From IMG/VR virus record IMGVR_UViG_3300009481_005157: a stretch of DNA of 64,000 nt; one strand, written 5' to 3'. The notes below the pieces were generated by a model that did not search any database, was not told the origin of the DNA, and saw nothing but the letters and a program-made list of their open reading frames with translations. Position numbers and translations under genes: made by a program. Positions 58,533 to 64,000 of this stretch are shown in pieces; within the stretch, counting starts at the first letter, position 1, and the number at the start of each line of letters is the position of its first letter. The stretch comes from an uncultured virus (IMG/VR IMGVR_UViG_3300009481_005157). Its lineage: Duplodnaviria > Heunggongvirae > Uroviricota > Caudoviricetes.

Positions 58533-59384
58533 CTAGCTCTCCGTGGCGTCAGTTGCTTTTGTAGTTTTCTTTCTGGTCGTGGTTCTTTTCTTCTTTGGCT
58601 CAAGGTCGTTGTCGTAATCCACCAAGATGTAATTGCCATCTTCGTCCAGAGGAACCCCATCGGCATCGACCCTATTACCATCATCATCTAGAAAGTGACC
58701 AAGCTCATTTATGATCCTCCCCTCAGAATCGACGGTTGTCCCCTCGGAATTTACGAGATTTCCCTCTACATCCGTTAGATTGAACATCGACAACCATTTA
58801 TTTTCAGGCAGGTTCTTCTCGAAATCTGAGTCAAGATTATAGAGAATATTGCCTAACATGGATGCTGCTGCAAAGGCAATGCTGTCGTTGCTCTTTGTAT
58901 TGTAGTCTTCCACACTATTATACACTCTTTTGTCGGAATCTTTAAAAAATGTACAGGTAGCTACGAAGTAGTCAAACCTAGCGTTATCTGACAAGGCTTC
59001 AGCGGTATTTTCCTCTAAACCAAGCCTTTCTGAGATAAGCTCTCTAAGCTCAATTCTAAGTTTACGCATCTCTAGGGCTAAATCCTTGCCCTCAGACACC
59101 TTTGGTCTTTTGCCGCCTTTTCCACGATAGAGGGTCTTCTCAAGATCAGTGATCTCCTTACTGATGTCGCCCTCCTTGTCACTTTTGCTTTTATTCCAAA
59201 TTCCCCTCTCTTCCATCAGGGTTTTAAGCTCTTTTTTTGTAATGATGTTATCCCTAATGCACTCATTCCAGCGTTTTGCCCTGTGAATGTCTGCTTTTGA
59301 GATAATCTCATTTGAAGGTTTAACTACGTAAATAGAAACCTTATCCCCATTATCTAGTGTTACTTCTTGTTGTTGATTAGTCAT
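58533..59384 (-). CDS. Putative tail assembly chaperone
   Basis: Immediately upstream of the tape measure. Helical and charged, with a (D/N)xxG heptad repeat and a basic tail. Confidence 0.5.
   Translation of the reverse strand: MTNQQQEVTLDNGDKVSIYVVKPSNEIISKADIHRAKRWNECIRDNIITKKELKTLMEERGIWNKSKSDKEGDISKEITDLEKTLYRGKGGKRPKVSEGKDLALEMRKLRIELRELISERLGLEENTAEALSDNARFDYFVATCTFFKDSDKRVYNSVEDYNTKSNDSIAFAAASMLGNILYNLDSDFEKNLPENKWLSMFNLTDVEGNLVNSEGTTVDSEGRIINELGHFLDDDGNRVDADGVPLDEDGNYILVDYDNDLEPKKKRTTTRKKTTKATDATES
58626..58778 (-). repeat. Seven tandem 7-aa repeats, h-(D/N)-x-(E/D)-G-x-x
   Basis: LTDVEGN LVNSEGT TVDSEGR IINELGH FLDDDGN RVDADGV PLDEDGN. Confidence 0.8.
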
Positions 59385-59388
59385 ATTC

Positions 59389-59748
59389 CTAGTCCTCCTT
59401 AGTCTTAACTGGTATATTAATAGAGTATTTTAGCCACTTGACATCATACTGGTTTAATTCCGCATCTACATTTCTAGCCTGAGTATTACCTTTGTCTAAT
59501 ATTTCAGACCTAACCTTTTGAAATGTGTCATGCATTATCTTCTGCTCTGGCGACAGATCCCCTCCGTCTTTATTTGTCCATAAAAAAGAAAAGTGTTCTT
59601 CGAGGGAACTAAGCGCCCCTATCATCGTGGTTTCAACCTTCTTTTTTAATATTTTAGAGAGTCTAAATTTAGAGTCAGTCTTGTATCTTTCGTCTCTCTG
59701 GGCCTTGTATTCTTTCTGACTTCTGATCAATTCATTAAAGTCTTCCAT
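59389..59748 (-). CDS. Hypothetical protein (tail module)
   Basis: SD AGGAG, 119-aa helical ORF. Confidence 0.65.
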   Translation of the reverse strand: MEDFNELIRSQKEYKAQRDERYKTDSKFRLSKILKKKVETTMIGALSSLEEHFSFLWTNKDGGDLSPEQKIMHDTFQKVRSEILDKGNTQARNVDAELNQYDVKWLKYSINIPVKTKED

Positions 59749-59751
59749 CTT

Positions 59752-60795
59752 TTATCTCCTAAATTTCTGTTTATATTGTTCGTTGCTCATCCTTTGTATT
59801 TCCAATTGCTTATCCAGCAACTGGTGGTCTTGAAGCGATCCCGCCTCCTGAATTTGCTGCATCCTTTTTTCCTTTACTCTCCTTGAGTGGAAAGTATTAG
59901 CAGCGTCGATCTTTTTGGCCTCTTCCTTGTTATCAGTGAATACAAAAATCTCCTGTGAATTGGATATCTTTGAGTTGCTCGTCATGTCTTCCACTTCTGA
60001 TACTAGCCTCTGCTTCTCTTGTTTCTTTCTTTGGATAATGAACCAGCCGTCAAGTAGATCATCATCCTTTAGGACATCCTCACCGGGGCACTCCTGCGAT
60101 TCCTGAACATTATCATACATCCTAGACCAAATAGATATATTTCTTTGATCAAAAGTAATTTCTCTTTCTGGGCAATTGTAAAATAGCTTTTGTCCAGTAT
60201 CTTGGTTCATAAGCCATACTGTGCGGAAAGGCTCTGTCCTAGAAAGCTCTCTCACATCTTGTTCGGATAAAAAGCTTCTTGATAAGGCAGTCCAAACTTT
60301 TGTGCCATCAATTGCTGAAAAATCACAAGGCTCACTGCCTAAAAAAGTGCAACGCTTGATTTGCTCTAGGCATTTTTTTGTAAATGCCACACCCTCGCAG
60401 GTGTTCTCAAACATAGCATCTTTTTTGTTTTTCTGATCTACTATCGCCCTCTCTGTTGCCCTAAGATAGAGCCTAGCGGTTTCTCTCACTTCTTGCTTGT
60501 GTTTATTTTCAAACATTTGGACCTTAAGCTTTTCAATGTTGCTTTCTAGATCCTCAAGTTTTTTGTCGTCCTCTTCTGTCCAAAACTCCTTTTCGTACAT
60601 CCAAAAAAGCATATCCTCATGCGTCATTACATCTTGCATAAAAGCTTCATCATACGCTTCCTTGTAGGCATGATTTATAAAAAACTCGTCTTCCGCTGTG
60701 GGCGATAGAACCTTGAGCTTGAATTTCTCGTGGTCTAAAAAGTAAATACCAGTTCTAAGTCTAGATACAAAATACTCCCGCTCATGTTGCAGCAT
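59752..60795 (-). CDS. Hypothetical protein, possible tail assembly chaperone
   Basis: Charged helical ORF between the tube and tape measure genes. Start placed at ATG 60795 after SD GAGGT; the frame is open from 60810. Confidence 0.55.
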   Translation of the reverse strand: MLQHEREYFVSRLRTGIYFLDHEKFKLKVLSPTAEDEFFINHAYKEAYDEAFMQDVMTHEDMLFWMYEKEFWTEEDDKKLEDLESNIEKLKVQMFENKHKQEVRETARLYLRATERAIVDQKNKKDAMFENTCEGVAFTKKCLEQIKRCTFLGSEPCDFSAIDGTKVWTALSRSFLSEQDVRELSRTEPFRTVWLMNQDTGQKLFYNCPEREITFDQRNISIWSRMYDNVQESQECPGEDVLKDDDLLDGWFIIQRKKQEKQRLVSEVEDMTSNSKISNSQEIFVFTDNKEEAKKIDAANTFHSRRVKEKRMQQIQEAGSLQDHQLLDKQLEIQRMSNEQYKQKFRR

Positions 60796-60844
60796 AATCG
60801 CTAACCTCATGGCGGGAGCATATATATTTCATAATAAAGTCCTT

Positions 60845-60960
60845 TCCTGAACCCGTTCTGCACTCGCTTTCCTAGTTTAGCTATCGCACGTTACGGGTTT
60901 CATCCAGTAGTAGTCAATTCCTACTACTATGAAGTTGGTTCTTCGTCAACTAATTTTCAA
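60845..60960 (-). other. Structured intergenic element (three stem-loops)
   Basis: Minus strand: AGTTG..CAACT, AGTAGTAG..CTACTACT, and AACCCGT..ACGGGTT enclosing TGC/GCA. Confidence 0.5.
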
Positions 60961-60962
60961 GT

Positions 60963-62153
60963 CTAGTCCTGATAGAATGTTCCGGTCGGGAACGTTGCAA
61001 GTGCATCTGCACCATTAAGTTCCTTAAGAACACCAAAGCCAATATATTTATTATGGGAGTAATCTTGAACATCAAGCTCGTTGAAGTTCGTGTAACTGTA
61101 GCTACAGGTAGCATTACCACCAGTGGCGTCACCTCCACCATAACTCACGCTTGCGAGACGGTTTTTCTGACCTAAGTCAAAGGCATATCCAGCTCTGGTA
61201 CACAAGAAGATATTTTCTTGAGATGTGTTATTACCAGAAGCATCAGTGTTGTTAAGATCCGGATCTCCAAACTCATAAGCATTTACAAAGTCACCAGACG
61301 TTGTAATAGCTTCAATCTCGCAGGTAACTTCGATTGGGAAGGTAGCTGGACGAGCGTATGGCGTTTTTCTACCAAGTTCCAAAATGTCTTCACGAGAGAA
61401 GTCAGTACTGACACTGAAGCTCTGAATGTGAACCCTGTTGTTACCAGTGCTGTTGTTGAAGGCATTTCCATAGCCGGAACCAAGAACGCCTTCGATACTT
61501 GTTGGAAGCATCGAGCCAGAGACGAATACATCTTCACGCTGTTGAATACCACCAGAAGCGGTGATCGAACCACCGGGATGACCAGAAGTCAAAGCCGCTG
61601 GGAAGTCATTTCCGTCAAAGGCGTCAACCGCTGTGGCATTAAGCTTCTGATTAGCTACCAACCACTGCTTGTTATTACCAACTAGAGTGACAGATTCTGT
61701 CATACTTCCATCAGTCGGAACAGTATAGGAAATTGAGCTGATATACATACCAGACATGTAAACTTCAGCTTCTGCGGATGCGTTACCAGCACTAACGTTA
61801 TTATGTGCGTCTGAGAAGATACCAAGTCTGACATCGCACCTAGACTTGGATCGTCCCACAAGACCTGAACCGGCGGGTGAGCCGTCAAGACCGTGAACAC
61901 TAGCTAGGTGGTAGATCAGTGGCGATCCATCAAGAACTTTCTCCAACGTCACCTCAACGTCGGGAGTACCTTCGATGTTTTCATAAATTTCGATCTGGCC
62001 AAGCTCAAAAGCCTGTTCCAAGTTGAAAGTGGTGTTTATGCCGACACTCTGGAGACCATGCACCATCTCAGCGGCGGTGACATTGCCACCATCCCCGTGA
62101 CCGTGTATGCCAACAGCTTGTGTTGCATAAAATATTCTATCATTTAATGACAT
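60963..62153 (-). CDS. Major tail (tube) protein
   Basis: Two copies of a QS...(F/L)ELG...EVT-x-E tube motif. Strong SD (GAGGAG) and the late-type motif upstream. Located upstream of the chaperones and tape measure. Confidence 0.75.
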   Translation of the reverse strand: MSLNDRIFYATQAVGIHGHGDGGNVTAAEMVHGLQSVGINTTFNLEQAFELGQIEIYENIEGTPDVEVTLEKVLDGSPLIYHLASVHGLDGSPAGSGLVGRSKSRCDVRLGIFSDAHNNVSAGNASAEAEVYMSGMYISSISYTVPTDGSMTESVTLVGNNKQWLVANQKLNATAVDAFDGNDFPAALTSGHPGGSITASGGIQQREDVFVSGSMLPTSIEGVLGSGYGNAFNNSTGNNRVHIQSFSVSTDFSREDILELGRKTPYARPATFPIEVTCEIEAITTSGDFVNAYEFGDPDLNNTDASGNNTSQENIFLCTRAGYAFDLGQKNRLASVSYGGGDATGGNATCSYSYTNFNELDVQDYSHNKYIGFGVLKELNGADALATFPTGTFYQD

Positions 62154-62184
62154 TTTTCTCTCCTCTAATGGAAAAAAGATTTTC

Positions 62185-62199
62185 TATTAATTTATACAC
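62185..62199 (-). promoter_or_regulatory. Candidate late promoter motif GTGTATAA-N3-AATA (copy 2)
   Basis: Minus strand reads TTTTTCGTGTATAAATTAATA upstream of the tube gene. Confidence 0.55.
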
Positions 62200-62206
62200 G
62201 AAAAAC

Positions 62207-63199
62207 TTAAATATTTGATTTTATCAGCTCTGCGGTCATCCTCACGACGCCTCCAAAGACGTTGGAATCTACCATTTCCATCTGTTGGACGGAAGCTTTT
62301 GTGAGCCTCATTTTCCCCCCAAAAAACTGCTCCACTAAATCGGGATATCGAAGGGCACTTGGGGCGGGTACACCTCTATGATCTATAGGGAATTTACTGT
62401 TAGCATTTATCTTATTGCTATCGAACAGACACAGTGTTTTATCATTTTGCAATGAAACTATATCTATTAGTTTATTCCTAGTGTATTCATCCTCTGCTAT
62501 ACAGTGGAAGATAACGTCTTGCCTTATCCATTGTCCACCGCCAAGCTGATATCCCTGAAAAGTCCTGTTTGGAACAACTTCTACTGCTATCATAGGCAAT
62601 TGAACCTTAGCCTCTTGTGGTACATTTACATCACCCTTTTCGTTTGTAAAGAAACCAGCGGCGAGGCTTAGGCTTTTTGTTTGTATTTCTTTTACCCAAG
62701 GTAAGTTATTCGCATAAACGACATTTATATACTTGTAGCTGTGCTCCGCCTGAACTTTTGACCCCGTGGGTATTGGGGAGTCAAAAACAATCCTTCCATT
62801 GAAGTAATCTACGTGGTGTGCGTAACTCCCCGTTGTGTCAGAGGCGTGAAATGTGTCATCCACCCAAACCCCGGATATTCCGGGTTTTTCGTGGTTTGAA
62901 CCAATAATCGGATTGTGGTATCCATCTACTCCGGAAATTCCACTTTGCCACACCCAGTTTTCCCTAAATCCTTCCCAGACTTGACCTGCGGTAAAATTTT
63001 CGTTCTTAGAAAGTCTAAGTTTACTGTAGTCTTGGGAGTCTGGTGATTGCTCTCCTAACGTGCTGTTAAAGTAATTGTTCTTTTCAAGTAATGACCAGTC
63101 AAAGAACTCCACCAAGTTGTCTTGAATGTCATTGCTTGTTGTGTGTTGGTGTACAGAGGTAAACCCCTTTAATGGTACGTGATATTTTGATATTCCCAT
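62207..63199 (-). CDS. Putative tail terminator/completion protein
   Basis: LPMIAVE...QLGG...DVIFHCIAEDEYTRNKLIDIV fits a tail-completion fold. Directly upstream of the tube gene. Confidence 0.5.
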   Translation of the reverse strand: MGISKYHVPLKGFTSVHQHTTSNDIQDNLVEFFDWSLLEKNNYFNSTLGEQSPDSQDYSKLRLSKNENFTAGQVWEGFRENWVWQSGISGVDGYHNPIIGSNHEKPGISGVWVDDTFHASDTTGSYAHHVDYFNGRIVFDSPIPTGSKVQAEHSYKYINVVYANNLPWVKEIQTKSLSLAAGFFTNEKGDVNVPQEAKVQLPMIAVEVVPNRTFQGYQLGGGQWIRQDVIFHCIAEDEYTRNKLIDIVSLQNDKTLCLFDSNKINANSKFPIDHRGVPAPSALRYPDLVEQFFGGKMRLTKASVQQMEMVDSNVFGGVVRMTAELIKSNI

Positions 63200-63203
63200 G
63201 TGT

Positions 63204-63833
63204 CTACACCAAGAGATTGCTTAGTACTGTTGATATTTGCTTATCTTTTCCTTGAAAAATCCTTGTTATAAAGTTGTCTTCTGTAGTACCTGAGAACTGT
63301 GGGGGAACTCTAAATCCCCCTCCTAAATCCATCGTTCCTCCACCGGATCTACCAAGATTCGATGCCTCGTACTGAAAACCCATAACTACTATAGCGTCAC
63401 CCTTAGTCAGTAGCCAGTCTAACCAATGGAGGTCAGTTCCAGTTTCAGTTAATTGGTGCCCCTCTGATAATGACAACAGATTGGCTAGTGATTTCTCTTG
63501 AAAGTTGAATTCAACATATCCTTGAAATTTCTCATTTATTGCCTTAATTTTGACGTTCATGGAGTCTGCAACAGCTTGTGATATGGCATTGGCAGCCATT
63601 CCGGGTTCTCCGGGAGGTAAGCCAAATAGGGCATTTAAGCTACCAAAACCACCTTGATCTAGGACGCTCTGCATCTCTGGGGAATTATACACCCAATCTC
63701 TGACCAAGCTTTTGAACCTCGTAGATGTCCTACCCGAATTACTTTTGATTCTTTTATTTACTTCTGTGGCTATTGCCCTGTATATTTTCTGTGGAATCCG
63801 ATCTATTCCTGTTAGCTCGACTTGGATTGTCAT
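63204..63833 (-). CDS. Putative neck/tail-completion protein
   Basis: Position in the head-tail joining block. C-terminal VPPQFSGTTEDNFITR. Confidence 0.45.
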   Translation of the reverse strand: MTIQVELTGIDRIPQKIYRAIATEVNKRIKSNSGRTSTRFKSLVRDWVYNSPEMQSVLDQGGFGSLNALFGLPPGEPGMAANAISQAVADSMNVKIKAINEKFQGYVEFNFQEKSLANLLSLSEGHQLTETGTDLHWLDWLLTKGDAIVVMGFQYEASNLGRSGGGTMDLGGGFRVPPQFSGTTEDNFITRIFQGKDKQISTVLSNLLV

Positions 63834-64000
63834 ACACTACGCTCCCAAAAACAGCCGAAGTACCTACTTTGTTTTAGCCCCATAGGAAACGGTTCGCCAA
63901 AAGTTTTGAATCTCATTTCTCTATAGTCTTTTATATCTTTGTGAACTATAAGCTCCTTAGCTTTGAAAATCTTGGGGAGATCCGTGGCATAAAAAATAGT
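63830..64000 (-). CDS. Partial CDS (3' end), probable head-closure/neck protein
   Basis: Open frame from the window edge, TIFYATDLPK...PFPMGLKQSRYFGCFWERSV*. The stop overlaps the next ATG (ATGA). Confidence 0.55.
   Translation of the reverse strand, partial: TIFYATDLPKIFKAKELIVHKDIKDYREMRFKTFGEPFPMGLKQSRYFGCFWERSV

Noticed and set aside
58533..60795. lambda G/GT-type programmed frameshift in the tail chaperones
   Set aside because: No clear slippery heptamer at the gene ends, and the downstream ORFs have their own SD and ATG.
1..64000. Genome-wide TAG recoding (alternative genetic code)
   Set aside because: Genes are long and tile the window under the standard code. TAG ends many genes cleanly, for example at 669, 10170, 24278, 51329, 58533 and 60963.
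1..64000. CRISPR array, tRNA/rRNA genes, or a diversity-generating retroelement
   Set aside because: No regularly spaced repeats, cloverleafs or reverse transcriptase were found by eye. The 215-249 / 60934-60965 match differs by indels, not by adenine-specific substitutions.
1..64000. Assigning a host or phage family
   Set aside because: No capsid, terminase or host-diagnostic marker is in the window. This would need database comparison.

Overview
This window is a gene-dense fragment of a large tailed dsDNA bacteriophage (Caudoviricetes, probably large-genome, standard genetic code). Two convergent arms meet at a bidirectional terminator at about 26150-26185. The plus arm (1-26137) carries a PAP2 phosphatase and a DNA polymerase III alpha (DnaE) split without an intein into two genes, with a DEDDh exonuclease gene between them. 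It continues with an SSB and an approximately 18 kb tightly coupled glycan-synthesis cluster: about 8 glycosyltransferases, about 6 SAM methyltransferases, RmlB, FdtA, a DegT aminotransferase, Fcl and several degenerate enzyme folds. It ends with a Vsr/DUF559-type endonuclease, a Rad52/Sak-like annealing protein and a Zn-ribbon protein. The minus arm (26204-64000) is a tail morphogenesis module: neck/completion proteins, an internally duplicated tail tube, putative chaperones, a 2389-aa tape measure, a 4073-aa LamG plus FG-GAP adhesin-like protein, and Dit-like, hub-like and tip proteins. No sheath, capsid or terminase gene is in the window. The most interesting signals are: (1) strong Ser-Gly enrichment in outer virion proteins next to a soluble, flippase-less glycosylation cluster, suggesting a virion O-glycosylation system with an SG sequon; (2) repeat-delimited cargo, possibly a PD-(D/E)XK fold, inside the tape measure; (3) the split DnaE/exonuclease replicase; (4) a structured intergenic element that shares about 32 nt with the PAP2 gene 60 kb away. 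All family calls come from motif recognition by eye; no searches were run.
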